Source: Podarcis erhardii
Lineage: Eukaryota
Strand: one strand, 5' to 3'
DNA length: 64,000 nucleotides
NCBI GenBank assembly: GCA_964252035.1
Contig: OZ176213.1
The notes under the pieces are model-generated. The model saw only the letters and a list, made by a program, of their open reading frames with translations, was not told where the DNA came from and ran no database searches. Shown here piece after piece: positions 34,711-49,700 of the stretch; the first letter of the stretch is position 1; each line of letters opens with the position of its first letter. Position numbers and translations under genes: made by a program.

Positions 34711-37700
34711 TTACATCCTTGAACCTCGCTCCTGCAAGATCTGGAAGGAAACAAACAAAAAGTGGTGAGATTCTGCATGGTAAGGTTCTCCAGCAAGACT
34801 CACACAGTGGAAAGACTCCGGCATTCTTGAAGGCAAAACCTTAAAACAGGCAAACAAACTGATTTTGTTCTCTGATGCAAGACACCTTGGAACATGATGG
34901 TGAACTAGGCAGCCAGCTGCTACTCAAAACATAGGAAGTTAATTAAGGGAACTGCCAACAGGCCAGACTCACCCATTCCCTACAAAACTAGCTAGGTTGT
35001 ACAGCTAGGCCAGTGTATGTGAGTGGTCCAGCTCCCAGTTTGAAAAGAACAGTTGTGGATTAAAAAATGGGCCATATATGCAACCAACAGCTCGTTTTGC
35101 TGATTATGTTCTCACTAAGCGTTAGTGGTAAGAAGTGTTTGAGAATAGAATGGACTCCCTTGGAAGGTGCGGGCTCTTCTTCCTTGGAGGTTTTCAAGCA
35201 GAGGTTGGATGGCCATCTGTCAGGGATTCTTCAGCTGTGATTCCTGCCATTACAGGGAGTTGGACTAAATGACCCTTGGAGATCCATTTCCAACTCTACA
35301 ATTCTATGACTCTATGGCATTTATTAGTATGACATTTGCAATCTGCAAGTAGGGGTGCAGCTACTGGAAATCCCCCCCCCCCTGAAAGGTTAATTCAAGT
35401 GAACAACAGTTGCAGATCACAACCTGAGGCTGCAGAACCATGCCTGCCTGGGTTCTTTGCTCCAGTTTTGATACCCCCCGTTTAGTGCTTATTTTATTGT
35501 TTTTCAAGCAATAAGGATGACTTAAGTAGCCAGTGTGCTAGATTTAAAGTTTCTAATACAGTACAGCCTGTCTGCCTTTTCCAAAGAAAGATGTACAAAT
35601 ACCCCACTTTTCGGTGTGTTCAGTCACCAGTGTCTTAGTTTGTGTATAAACAATATTGAAGGATTACCGGTATGCACTTTAATTGGGAGAGGGTACACTT
35701 CACTCTCTTCTTTGAGGCAGAAATGTGTAACACGTTTTTAGACAATCATAAGGTCCCTCTATCAAATTTTCAGCAATTGGGATCCAGTTAGTGAGATTTA
35801 ATAATTCCATGGTATAACTTCACATTCTGAAGGAAAGATATGTAAATATCCTGGCTTCATAGATTTTTCTAGCAATTAAGTATCTTGCCCTGTATCAGGG
35901 TTGGAAAATCCTTTTGGCTGCCTCCTCCCTGCCTGGAACCGGGTGGTGATGACATCAACTACTAGAAGAAACCACCATAAAACTCCAAGTCACTTTGGAG
36001 ACACCTTGGCCAAGAACAGGAAATAAAGGTGTTGCTGTGGCAGGCTGTGTACTCTGACACTTCACAGGTGGCCTCGGCTGCCCACAAGCTGCTGCCTTCC
36101 TCCTCGCCTGGGGATGTGCAGTACAGATCAGAGGTACTTTTCAGCCCTCAACTGAAGGACCTGGGAAGGGCACTCAAAGAGCCACATTCCAGGCCACTAT
36201 TTGTGCTGCTTGAGGAGGACGAGGACTAAGGAGAATTCAGTGCAGTGGCTCTGCCAGAGAATCAAGGAGCCTCACTCCTTGGCTTCACCAAGCAAGGATA
36301 AGATAGTTCAAATAATAACATGAATCATTATTATTTTTAAAGACCCTTATCTGCTTAATAGCACTGGCATGTTGGAAACCAAAAACATCTCAGGGCAAAA
36401 TACCCCTCGTAGCCAACACAGTGTATGTTGATGTTTCAGCACTGCATCATTTGGCCAGCAACACCTGCAGTTTCCACTAGGCCTTTTCTCCTCCAAAGAA
36501 TTCCCAGGGACCTTCTCTGCAAAATCCTCGCCTGTTTCTCCTCTTTGCATCAGCACTGATGAAAATGGATAGTGTTGGCCTTGAACAGGGACAAATCCCC
36601 ACTCAGGGCAAGCAGGGAAAAACACATCATGCCTTGCTTTTACTAGATTGTCGCTGGGGAAATAAGAGTCAACAACACATCAGCTCCATTAAAAACAACT
36701 CAGGACCTTGATTGTGGAATCCACTAGGTAGCTCAAGGCCAGTCCCTCACACAGTAATGCAGGGCTTTATATACTTGGAGGAGGGGCACACTACGGGTGT
36801 GTGAAGCACAGGGAATTTCCAGCCCATCCCAGTGCTGCTTTCTGGTAGAGCCACCATTGGAAAAGTTCACACCTCCTGACTCAGACTCCTGGCACCCTTC
36901 TCCCCACCTCTTTCTCCTTTCATCATGGCAAAACAGGGAAGGTGGGCACACTTGTAGTCTGCTCACTCAGCAAAAGAACCAGACCAACTTTCTATTACAG
37001 CTCTGGCAGCCGTGGTGACAATCCTTCTGCTCCTTTTGAATCGTTAGGCCAGTCTTGAGGCTGGCCTGCAAACATGAGGCTGTTCCCTCCAGAAAGCAAA
37101 GAACCAAGATTATTTTTGAGCAGGAGACTCCTCTTGGAATGAACCTACTGGATCTAGTCCACTATCCTGTTATTACAGTGGTCAACCACTGTGAAGCTCA
37201 CAAGCAGAATATAGGTGCAACAGGTGCACCCTGCAGTGCAACAACTGCCTCCAGTACTGGCTATGGGCCTCATAGCTATCTACAGTCTCCTCCTCCTCCT
37301 CCTCCTCCTCCATAAATCTGTCTAATCCTCTTTCAAAGCCATCATCTTGCAGGAGTGTGCACTGTGTTAGGAAGCACTTCCCTTTCTCTATCCTGAATCT
37401 TCCAGCATGCAGCTTCCTTGATGACCCCTCTGAATTCTAGTATTAGGAGGGAGAAAGAAACTCTATCCACTTTCTCCACAAACACAGAGTTCTTTCCAAT
37501 TTGTTTCCCCTGCTCTCATAGCAGATGTGAAGTCTGCACCCAAACTCAAAGAGAAAGCAATTGTAGACATCTGATTGAAGACAATGTTTCATGGCATGCA
37601 ATCTGGAATTCCTGAAGGTGTACTAGTTCAAAAAAGAAAAGAGCAAGCAACCCAATGTCTGTGGCCATCGTAGGAAGGCGACTGCAACTCAGACCTTTTG

Positions 37701-40700
37701 GCCCCTATCTTCCCCTGGTTTTCTAAAGTGAAAAGCAGGTGGGTTCCCTGGTGGAGTCTTGCTTTCCTCCCTGTGAGAAGAGCCACAAAAACACATTTCC
37801 TCTGAAGAGGACCAACAGCAGCAGGAAGTAAAGGAGCCAACACACAAGTGGACCACTAGGCAGTCTAGGGGCCTACGGCTACCCGGCAACGGGGTCAAGG
37901 CAGCAACTACAAACACAAAACAAGATGCACCAGTGGGAGAGGCCAGAGGGAGGACAGGCAGGTGGGTGAAGTCCTAGTGCTCACCATGGCATTCACACTT
38001 AATCTGAGTCATTCATATCGTAATCCGTCTCTTCATCTTCACTCTGAGTTTCATGAAGCAAGTGCAAAGAGCAGGAAGGAAAGGAAAAGAAAAGAGTGCA
38101 AGGTGAGTAAAGTACAAACGTCCCCAGGCTGCCTGAGAGAGAATTCAAGGCTTCTGCTTGGTGATCTTTGGACAACTGGCCCGTTCACTTCAACAGCTGC
38201 CCTACAAAAGGAGATCCAGGAAAGAGATCTGGAAAAGTCTGGCCTGGATTTGTCTTAGCATGAGACTTCTGTCCAAGCCAGCCCCTGAATTGTGAAGGGT
38301 AACCCAGAAGAGTCTTCTGTGAGTTGATCTCAGAAGCAATCCAACAGTGCAGCCAGTCAATCAATCGCTGGAAGAGCAGCTACAACGCAAGGAAAAATCC
38401 ATCACAGTGTGAAGAGGGCGAACCACCACTGAAAACAGCTGTCAAGCTGCCAAGCAGCAGCAAAACACCCATATCCAGTGTCAAGGACCTCTGGCACAGC
38501 AAGGGACATGGCGCACAGGGCTGCAATAGGTGGGTGTGTTGAAAACAGAGTGCCTCACCTTGCACTAGAGTAAGCCACTGGTTATCATCCCATAGGTTTC
38601 ACATCCAGAAGAAGCAAATAGTTTATGGTCAAATCCCACCTTTTGGTGGCTAAACATTACTAGCCTGGAAACACTGGAAATTGAACTTTTGTCCACAGAC
38701 CAAAAACAGTATTTCTAATTTATGTGCTTTCATGTGAAAGCAGTTTAGTAACTTTCAGGGTGTCTGGCTCAGATGCTGTAATTCCATATTCCCTCTTCCT
38801 TTTGTCTAACTTCCCCCAACCAACTTTTTTTGGTTAATCAAGATTTAATTGGGCATGGGAGCCCGAGTTGTTTTTTTGTTGATATATTTAAAAGCAAACT
38901 CTTAAGGATGTGCATAAGAGGCACCTCTCTCTTCAAAAGAACTCAATAGAGACAGATGCCTGTCCCTTTGCCCTGTGTCCCAGCCACCATCACCCCACAC
39001 CCATACAACCTTTCCTGATAAACATCCAAACAGTTTCTTAGCTGGTTAGCAGCTGCTCTGCAGGGTGTGAGCTGGAGAGCACTCATGCCTGCAAGGACAC
39101 CTGGATTCCACCTCGTGTGCCAGAGGTCTTGTTGAACTATGACTGGCCATTAGTGAAGATGCAAGAAGCTGGGCTTCCTCGTGTCTGCGGGCTCTGCCCT
39201 GCACCTTTACTAATTCACCCAACTCCAACATCATCTTCCTCCTTCTCAACAGGCACAGATCCCAGCATGGCCACTTCTCTCTAGCATGCAAATGCCACAC
39301 AATGCAAGAGTGCCAGATGAACACAAAAAACCTTGCCTCCTATCTGTGCCCTCTTCATTAATTCAGGAGTTCATGCAAGGATCTTGAAGCTTAGATCTTT
39401 CTGAACATCACTTTAGCATCCGGCACATCATTTGAACCTTCAGAAACAATCACTCTACAATCTGGCTGTTTACAAAGCCAAAGGCCAAGGGAAAGCATAA
39501 GGTAGAGAGTGAAATAGGACAGTGAGACAGAAATCGCACATTTGCTTCCAAGCTGCCTGGCACACTGTTTGCCAGCTTCTTGAACAACAGCAGGAGCAGC
39601 TTCATTTAAAATGGTGCAGATGGATGGAAGATGAAGAGCCCAGCATCTCCCAGGGAGGGAGGCTGGGGGAAGAGGGGGAAGCTCCCAGGTAAGAGCTGGG
39701 AGGGTTCATCCGTCTGTATGTGGAATAAAGGTTAAGATATAATTATGATAGAGAACCCTGTTATTTTTCTTCTCCTCCTCATCTCTTTCTACTTCTTTAT
39801 TGTCTTCTTTTGTGTGCCTAATTATCTTCTTTTCATTAGTTTGGCTTTCATTGTATTTTATGTTGAAAACTCAATGAAAAATGTGCAGAGGGCTGGCATT
39901 AACTTATGCCCATGGCACAACTGTGTTAATTAACAATTATGCATGACACCAGAACCTTGGTTCATCTCATTCGACTGTAGCCTGGCATAGGCCTGATGCA
40001 TCTTGGGACACATGCTCCTTTGCCTTTCTCTCCCCCATCCCCCGGAATTCTGACCCTTTTGTCTCTACTGAATGCCACATGACATGAACGCAGACAACAG
40101 AGCAGCCAGACAATAACACTGACAACCAAGGGCAGGGCCTCTAATTATAGTCCTGTCGGCAGAGTGCTTTCTCAGGCCAGAGGGAAATTTCTCGCCATGA
40201 TTTATGGAAAAGTTAGGAGTAGATCAAGGGACTGTTTAACTCAGGGGAGCTAAGACAGCCAGAATTGGGCTCCATGTCGGCCCCAGGACAGGAGATATTA
40301 GCCACATACCAGACTCTCACCACTTTCTCGAAAGTAAGAATATCATTGACATTATTGATCAAATTTCACTAAGTGTATTTCAGTGGCGAGTGTTTGAATT
40401 GTGTAGGTGGGGGGAATTCCTCAGAGCTCCACTTTGCCTCTTTCACCCTGCACTCACAAGGAAAGCTTTTGCTGGATTTAAGGCCATGAAACTTTGGGTA
40501 CCTCAAGTTGGAAACTAGAAAGAAAGAGAACCCTGAAGTCACCTTTCCTTCTCCCAATACAGGACATCTTAAATTCTCCAGCTTAGAGTTATGGGTGTGT
40601 TAGAATCAAAAGCACTTGCCAGTCTATATTACCATATTGGCCCAAATATAAGCTGCACCTTTAAAATTGGAGGAGGGAAAAGAAAATATACTTGAATATA

Positions 40701-43700
40701 AGCCGCTCCCATCCTCGCTGCTTCTGGTTGCATACTGGGAAGGGGGGGGGGCTGTGCTGTACTGCCGGCGGCCTTTCCCCTTCCTTGTTCTCTCCATTCC
40801 TGGTCTTGAGGGAGAAGATGGGAAACTACATGCAGGGCGGGCACTACTTTGCCACATTCCTGCCACTGTTTGCCCCGCACTCCTGGCTGCATACCGTAAG
40901 GTCGCAAATATAAGCCACACTTTTCATGGTCGGAATTTGGGGGGGAAAGTGTGGCTTATATTCAGGCCAACAAGGCATGCCTGTGTTGGCATACATAAAT
41001 TAGCCTTGACACTGAAATGAGATTTATATGCCTTTATTTTTTGGTTCAACAAATGAAGGTTTCCATGTTGGTGGGTGTGTCTGTGTTTTTTGGGTTGCAC
41101 CCACATGCAGGCACACCTAGAATAGCACCTGTCGTTTTCCAGAAAAAGGTTTAGCTGCTCTTTGGGAGTTGGGTGTTTGGGGATTAGACATCCACACATC
41201 CATAACCATTCCTTTTGCATGGGGCAGGTTGTCTTCATACAGCTGAGTTTAACAGCACCAGCAATGAGATGGACAGAAGCCTAAAATGGCTTATGAAGGC
41301 ACCTCAGTGCTCTATCACACCCAAGGCTGGTTTACTGTTGCTCCTGCATAAGAGGTGTGATGTTGGAGCTTCCTTTTTCCACAACTGCTCAGTGTGCTCA
41401 TGTGTGTCTTGTGCTTGGACACCTGAGAAAGGGTGGGCAGAGGATACCCAAGCAAGCTGCTTTTTTAGTAGCAACTGACAAACAACCTTTGATGGCAGAG
41501 GAAGGCAGCAGCTGGGCCTTGCTCCACCCTGAAGATGACTCACCTTTGCCTTTTCGCTGGGCTCACTGGCTGTGCCATAAGGGGTGTTGTGCAGCTCCTT
41601 GGAAACAACACAAAGGAATTCGGCCTGGTCTTCATTCCCATAATTATAGGAAGATCCAATGCTGACTAGCTGGAGGTGGGAAAGAGAGACAACAGAGGGT
41701 GGCTCTTCTTGTGCTTCAGACAGAACTTAATAAGGGATTACAACCAAAGCTCTGACAGTCAACATTCTGGGCTATTAAATAAAGGTGGAGCTCTCTCCTT
41801 CCTGTTCCCACAAGGGGCATCTAACATTAAGAGTGGCCCCTGTCCCTTCCTATAATTCATGCTCAGGCAGGAGAGTGTGGCATTGTGCAGATAGGAGGCT
41901 TCAGTGTTTCACAGGAGTGTAAGCAGTCCTGACCACACAGAGCACTGTGTAAACACACAGCTGTGAAACTCCTAGAATGTTGCACAGAAGGAAGACTGCA
42001 GGCCTAGAGCCATCCACAATGGATGTACAAAATACAGGCCCAGAGACAGAGTTGTGGGGAATCCACACTCTTCTTTGCTCTTGGAGAGCTAGTGCCTGTT
42101 GAGGGACAGTTCTTAGCCAAAAAGATTTTGATTGATTCCTCCTTCTGCTCTCCAAATCTCCATCAACTGAGAATCTTCCACCACAGAGAGCTGCTCTGCT
42201 TGTACAAACAAATACCAGTGATCTGATCAGTACTGCAATACTGATGGCAGGATCTGAAGCACTGGCCCTGACATGGCATCTTGGTGGACAAACATCACTA
42301 CATGGCTACAGTTTAGAGCCTAGTTATGAGAATTTCTAATTGTCCAACCAGAGCAGCACATGCACAAAAAAACAGCTAGCAGTGTTCATATCACCACCAG
42401 AGTTAATCCCAGAGGACTGTGTTTCCAAGAGCTCTCTACATAAAAAGTGGAGAAAATGGATCTTTGCCTTGAAACGGCCACCTGGCATAGTGCTGGAGGA
42501 ATGAAGTGCTTGGTGCCTGCTGTGTGATTTCCCATGGAAATGCCAATAAAGTGCAACTCAGAGGCTGAGAGTATAAGCTGCAAATCAAGCATCTCCTAAG
42601 GCACAAGCTCAGTGGCACATCCAAGGCTTATTCCCAGTAGGGAAATAATGATATTGTCCTTCTTTACAGAGTTACTTTAAGAAACAACTAGAGTTAATAT
42701 GTGATGCACTTTGAGCATTCAAGCAAACTGCTGTAAAAGTACAAGCTAATAATATTATTATTTGTATGAACTTCCTGACCATTCCAGGACCAGGCCCACA
42801 ACACCCACAATTATTCCAACCCTCACACTCCTCTCGCCTGCTTTTTTGTTTGTTTGTATGGTCCCTGAAAGACTGAACAGTTTGCTTCCCGTTCTCTTAC
42901 CTGCTCAAATTTCCAGCCATCAGACATGGTGGAGACCATCTGAGTCAACTCCTCTTCCTGGCACTGCAGCACCCTGTAAACGTGCTTGACTGGCACCTTT
43001 GGTGAAAAACACAGAGAGACAGCTGAAAGATGAAGCAGGCCAAGAATGGCCACTGGTTTCAACCATCATGTCTTCCAAACGAGTCCCTTCTCCGTTACCA
43101 CTGAGCTCCAGAGTGCAAAAAAGCCCCTTGCCTCAGCCTCTGAGGCCTGCCCAGCCGGCAGCAAGATCTCTCTGCTGCCCTCCTCCCCTTGGCATTGCCA
43201 CAAGCACAAACATTTCACTCATGAAAGGAAAAAGGGCATCTGATACCACCAGAAGCCACTTCTCATAATTCCCTCAGTTTGGGCACCAAACACAGCCACA
43301 CATTCTGAAATGAAGTCAAGCCAAGGATACCTCAAAAACAAATCAATTTTTTTAAAAAACTAGCAGGTCCTACCTGTGAGATTTTGCTGTCTCGTTCCCT
43401 TATTTTGTCCTTTACAAGTTTGATTAAGGATGTGATGTTGTAGAATTCAGCTTCTTCAAGCACACCTGATTGGAGGGGAACACAAAGTCAAAAGAGGGCC
43501 TCATAAAACTCCAGCTGCTTGTGAGAAAGTCTGTGTAACCAACAGGCCCTGAGAGGCACTGCATGGCCAAGTGGCAGACTGTCCCTCTGAAGCGTTGCCC
43601 TGGTCAGGATGAGGCAAGGCCTCTGCTCCAAGACCAAAGCAGAAAGAGAAAGCCCAGGAGAGAGGCGAGTGTTCCAGGTAGGTCATGCACCAGCCAACAA

Positions 43701-46700
43701 CCTCCCCCAAACAGTGACCTCACAGCACTTCAGGTGCCGGATCCTGGTTTCTAAAGGATCATTCAGGTCTCAAGATCTGAAGGCCACTGCAAGTTGTAGA
43801 GCAATGCTACAAACTAGCCCAGCCCAAACAGGCTGCCATGCTTTGCGTAAGTGAAACCAATTACTGTACACCCAAAGTGATTTTTCACAGCTGTGGTCAA
43901 ACATTAAAGCAGTTTTCCTAAACAGTAAACATACCTTCCTCTGCGAGGTCTTTATTGATAACCAGTTTCCCATGTCGGAGATAATTCAACACCGGTCCAA
44001 AGTAGGTTGGATCTCTGTCTATTAAGTAGGCACCTGTTTCATCCTAATTAAAATATGGTATGTTACTTATTGATATAGAAATTGTCTTATCACACTTAAG
44101 CCATCCTATTCCCAGATCAGCCAACTAAATTAAAATACCAGATTAAATTAGTGTGAGACCCCACAGAGATCCTGACATTCCAACCATGACATGCCCTCAT
44201 CCATGTCATAAATCAGAAGCTTCCACCATGGCTTCAGTGCTCTGCATTAATGAATAATCAGAGCTTCAGTTTGGAGGTCTTAATTGTGAAACAGAGCTAC
44301 TACTCAGCTAGTTTCTAATCTCTAATCAATTACCGCACAGGATTGTGAAAATTAATAATTTGGCTCAAATGACAATCTATATTAATGTGGGGTAAGAAAA
44401 GCTTAGTAACATTTATCCAAATGAGAACAATCCATTTCATTCAACCAGTAGTTATGGTCTTTATACTAAATAATAAACCTAAAATTGCAACCAAAGCAAT
44501 AAAGCCCTCAAATATCCGGGTTAGATCCAGGCTTAGAAATGTAATGAATGGTCCCTACAGTTCATAAAATGTGCTCTGACTGAGTTGAGGTATCCATTGC
44601 AGGAAGATGCCTTTCTCCAATTCTCCCTGCAGACCCCAGCAATCTCCCCTACCGAAAGGTTCTGGTGGGTCCCTCAACCATCTGGAGAAGATTTTTGGAA
44701 GGCAAAAGGAACCGAACAGGAAATCAGCAAAAATCTCCTCCTCCTGTCAAGAAGAGGGGCTGTTTAATAAAACATCAAAGGGGCTTAAAAGGTATTTTGT
44801 TACACACCTGTACAGAAATATGATTTTGCAGAAGGTTGCCAGAGCCCTCTGAATTCACATTATTTTTATGAGCTGAACACAAAAATTCACCATCCAATCA
44901 AGGCTCACAGCATTTTTCTGAACGGCAATTTTGTTATCGTGCTTTCTCATAGGGGTGGTTCCAATTATTAAATTTGCCCTGATATTATTTGTTTTTATGG
45001 CATTGGCTTTAACATTTGCAATTTATAATATTTAGAGGGGAAAAATGAGTTGGGGGGGACATGGCAGAGGTGTATAAAATTATGCATGGTGTACAGAAAC
45101 CTCTCCCTCCCTCAAGACTCAGGGCCACACAACAGGCTGAACTTTTGAAGATTTAGGACAGACAAAACAAAGGACTTTTCATTCATTTTTCCTTGATATA
45201 GAAATATGGATGTTGTGACAATAATAATGAATAAAAGTGAAAATGCAAAACCAAAACTAAAATAAAGGAAATCACAAGGACTGAATTTCCACTAAGATTT
45301 TTTAAAAAGAAAAAAGGAAGGACTTCTTCACACAGCACACAGTTAAACTACAGAATTTACTCCTGCAAGAAGTAGTGATGACCACCAACTTGAACGGCTT
45401 TTAAAAAGGATTGGACAAATTCATGGAAGATCCAGCTACCAATGGCTACTAGCCACAATGGCTATGCTCCACCTCCACTGTCAGAGGTACTATGTCTCTG
45501 AAGCTCAGTTGGAGGGAATCCCAAAAGGGAGAGAGCTGCTGCTGCTGCTGTATTCAGGTATTGTTTGTGGCCTATTCATTCAAGCACCTGGTGAGTCCAG
45601 GGTGCTGGACCAGATGGGCTCTTTTTATGTATTGTATGCTACTGCTTCTACGGAAACCACATTGGGAGCTTTTACTCTGAAAGGAGGAATCCAACAATAA
45701 ATAAATATGGTGGCAGAATGAACTACAAAGATCATGGATCCAGTGTTTTGTGACATTACCATACTGCAAAAACCTAGATTCTAGGCATGGATCCTCTCTA
45801 TTCTTAGAAAGCAGCTCACAAAAATATACCAGCTACTCACAATCTGCATCTATCCCCACTGATTGCATTGAAAACATAACAGGCACTATCTTTCGATTCT
45901 ACAGGGGCCAGAATGGTAGTTTTCAGGAAAAGAAGCTCATAGAGAAACTCAAAATCCACTGCATAATCACAGTCCACATCTAATACCATGACAATTAACT
46001 GATGTTGTATTTTAAATTTTTATGGCTTTGTTTGTATAGTTTTATGCATTATTGTAAACTGCTTTTTTCCCCTATGAAATAGTGGTATATAAGTATTTTT
46101 ATAAATGCCCATTGGAATACAGAGAAACATCAGACAACATTTTTACATGAAAATGCCCCAAATTCACTATCAAAAGACAATGAACATTATAAAATTGTAA
46201 AACTAATACTACGTGATGCTTGTGGTGCAAAAAAACTGGGAATGAAGAAGCACTGATCTTCATACATTTTTTTTTTTGGGGGGGGGGCAAATAGAACCCT
46301 GGACCACCTTTGTCTTATCATTGTAGTTCACACCTCTGGTTACTCACCACAAAAATTAGCTTCTTGTTGCTGCACACAGCCCATTTCTGATGGCCAGATC
46401 CTGATGGATCCATGTAATGATTAAATGTAAACTCCAGTCCCACTCTGGACATTCATGGATTACCAATTCAGTGTCTGTTCTGGTACTTACAGGACATAAT
46501 ATACAATATTCGTAGCACGATGCTACAAGGTCTTTTGCATTCTTGTTGCAAACTTCAGGCCAATAATTTTTTGGGTGCTCTCAGTCCATGCCGTGAAGAT
46601 CCACACTGAAGGATCCAGGTCCTGTTGCATTGATTGGTATCTTACAATAAATATACAGCCTACTTGTGGATGGATGGGTTTTGAGGATGCAAATTATCTC

Positions 46701-49700
46701 TCTAAGTATGCAACAACTGTATTGCAAGACTCACAATTCTGGTGAGTCTTTGCACCACTAGCAAAAACATGAAACCTGGAAATGGCTTTTCTTGGATCTG
46801 AATGAGTTTTACCCTGGGTCTAATTTTTGGCACCATGATGAACTGTGGTTTTTATGGAGCAGTCCATGGACAAAGATATAAGCATTGGTTTGATAGTCGA
46901 TTTGAGGCACCTTCATGTAAAAACCATGGATCCATGAGAATCTATCCAGCTCCTTCCCCCACTTTATTACTGGCTTGCCACAGTTCTAAAGTTAGAAAGC
47001 AGAATTTGACACAGAGGTATACAATGTGCAGTCCAGCAGCACTGGATTTTGCTGACCCCATGATTAAAGAGCACAGCTCTATTCTTATCAGAAAACAAAT
47101 CTGAGTAGACTGTAATCTTGCACTGCTGAGCTTACTCAACTGACCTAATAAATATTTGCTCCATAAGGATCTGATTACTATTATGCTTGTGGTAGTGTGG
47201 CTAGAATTAGCCAAGCAATGGAAAAGACTACAGTGGGGGGGAAACTGTGGAAATAGCTTATCTGAGAAACTGACATACTAGGATCATACTGACATGAGAA
47301 ATTGTTTTTTGCTTGGCAGTACTTATGCCAGTAGGAGCAACCTGAAAGGTGGACTCTCTCCCCCTCCTACAATTGTCTCATGAGCAAATATGGCAAGACA
47401 TACTGGGAGACAGCTGTTTCGACAGTCTGATTTTCTTAGTGTATGACCACTGTTTATGAATGTAGCTACTCTATTTTTTCAATGAAAAAGTTAAGTAACA
47501 ACCAGCATCGATAAACAACATGATCTAGGCAAGTTCAGACTTGCACTCTGAGGCAATACACAAGGGGCGTTATCAGGAACTAAAGGGCAAGGAGAGGCAG
47601 CTCACTTGAGTCATTAAAAGCAAGCTTAAGCTATATGCCAACTGAGTCTTTCAGGACTGGAGTGCAATCTGACCACTGCCAAGGCACACTTAACAATTAA
47701 CTAAGCAGCCAGGGGCACTATGAAGACTGTAAGCTTTTATGGACTAGCATCTACCTCATCAGATACATTGCATGTCATTGCTACATAGGTGCAGAGAAAG
47801 AAATACAAACAGTGAGATCATATGGAAATGAAATGCAAAAAGAGGCGTCACATTTGCATTAAAGCTTAAAATCCAACAGTTTCACTACCCCTTTGAAGAT
47901 TCCTTATTAAAGTCCAGGAGCAACCAACATGGTGCCTTCCAGTTGTTGCTGAACTACAACTCCCACCTTCCCTGACCATTTGTCATGCTGGCTGGCACTG
48001 AAGCATGTCACAGTCCAACATAAGGAGGGCACCAAGTTAGCTATTCCTGAGTTAGTCTGTCGGGAGCGGACTTTCTGCATGTTGCCTTCATCTATGAGTC
48101 CAACCAGAAGAGAGAATAACTTTACTCCAGAGAAAAGGAGCCAACTCCTAGGGGCGAAGGTCTCCTTCGACCTCCCCAATAAAATATATTTGGCTAAAGT
48201 TGATGGGCATTGCCATTCAAATGGTGTGTTATACTGCATCATATGATCAATTATGTGGACTGGAGCTTACCTGCCCCCCCCCGCAAATATTTGATTCAAG
48301 TTGGCATCCTGGCCCCAGAGAAGAGGAACCTGTCTGGTGAAGAGAAGTCAAGGCCTGGAGATGCCCAGAGCCCAGATATGCAGAGTCTAGAGCAGCCTTT
48401 GCTAATCTGGTGCTCTGCAGATGTTGTTGGACTCCAACCCCCATTAGCTCCTGCTGCCAGCCATGGATGATGGAAGTCAGAGTCCACCAGCATTTGGAGA
48501 ATCATAGGTCCCCCCTGGGTAAAACAAGAGAACCTTCAACCTACTAAAAGAAGCCCGGAGACAAACCTGTTTTGAACAAGCCTTTTAGAGTGACTCTCAA
48601 GAAATACAGTCTCTTTCCCAAAGCTGATTTTCTACATCAACAGTAAGTTGGATCAGACAACCTTTGACGGCCCTCCTAGATTTACAAGTGAAATAATACT
48701 ACCATGTCTTGTTACTTCTCTTCTGCCTAAGAAATCTGTCTTTTGTCTAGTGTGTTAGAAACGTTAGGGTTACAAGTCAGGCTTTATTTTCTCAAATCAT
48801 GAGGACATACTCCCAGGTGGGTCACCTGGTTCATGTAGCCCCTAGGATGGACCTGTTTGGCCTGGATCTCCAAGCTGGAACCGAGACCAACCAGCTGGCC
48901 ACATGGCCACAGCAACTATATTTGGGTTAGATTTTCCCTCATAAAACCTTGCTTTGTGTTAATATCTTGCTGGCTAGAGAGTTCTGATAAACTGAAAACT
49001 TCTCACATTTTCAAGACTTGTGGGCTTTGGTGGGGCCCAGCACTTCAGTACTGGAGTCTCTCACTTGCAGTATGCCTAGGGACCAGCAGCATGCCCATTG
49101 AGGCCCAGGTGGGCTTTGCACAGGCATAGGAAGGGCTCCTTTTATAGAAAGGGGGCTACAGCTGGTGCTCCACTTCAGGCAGCAAGATGCTTTGAGCTGG
49201 CACTGAGATCTCCCTTCAGCCCCGTCGCTCCACACCCACTGCTCAGGACAGTGCGGATCCCTCCTGAACTCGCAGTGCAACCCTATGCATGTTTCCTCGG
49301 AAGCAAGTCCTGCTGTGCTTAATGCATACTAATTATACATGCTCAACACTTAAAGTTGCCTGCCTAGATGCGGGAGAAAAGGCGGCCAACCTCCCGGGTA
49401 ACCGACCAGAAAAGAGCGGGAACCTGACGGTGGGCGCCTCTTTCACGGTAACGACGGCGCCGCTGAGACAGGTGGTCTGAGCGGCTCTTTCTCACGCAGA
49501 GCCCGGCACTCCGGGAGGAACCGGGGCAGCAAAACGGGGGCCCTTCAGCCTAGTGCCCGCGGTGGGGCGGCCAAGCTATGGGGTTTTCGCCCGGCCTGTC
49601 CCCGGAGCACCTGCAGAATGCGGCGGCGGCACCCCCTCACCTTGTCGGAGTCGAGGTCCGGGTCGGCCTGGCAGAGGCGGAAAAGGAAGCTTTTGGGGTC

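Noticed and set aside
40198-40207. PBX-HOX-type motifs TGATTTATGG (40198) and GTCATAAATCA (44205) in KCTD5 introns
   Set aside because: About this many matches are expected by chance in 64 kb; no conservation data available.
46722-46753. Small hairpin aagactcac-aattctg-gtgagtctt
   Set aside because: Stem too short for a pre-miRNA; compatible with chance or a MITE remnant.
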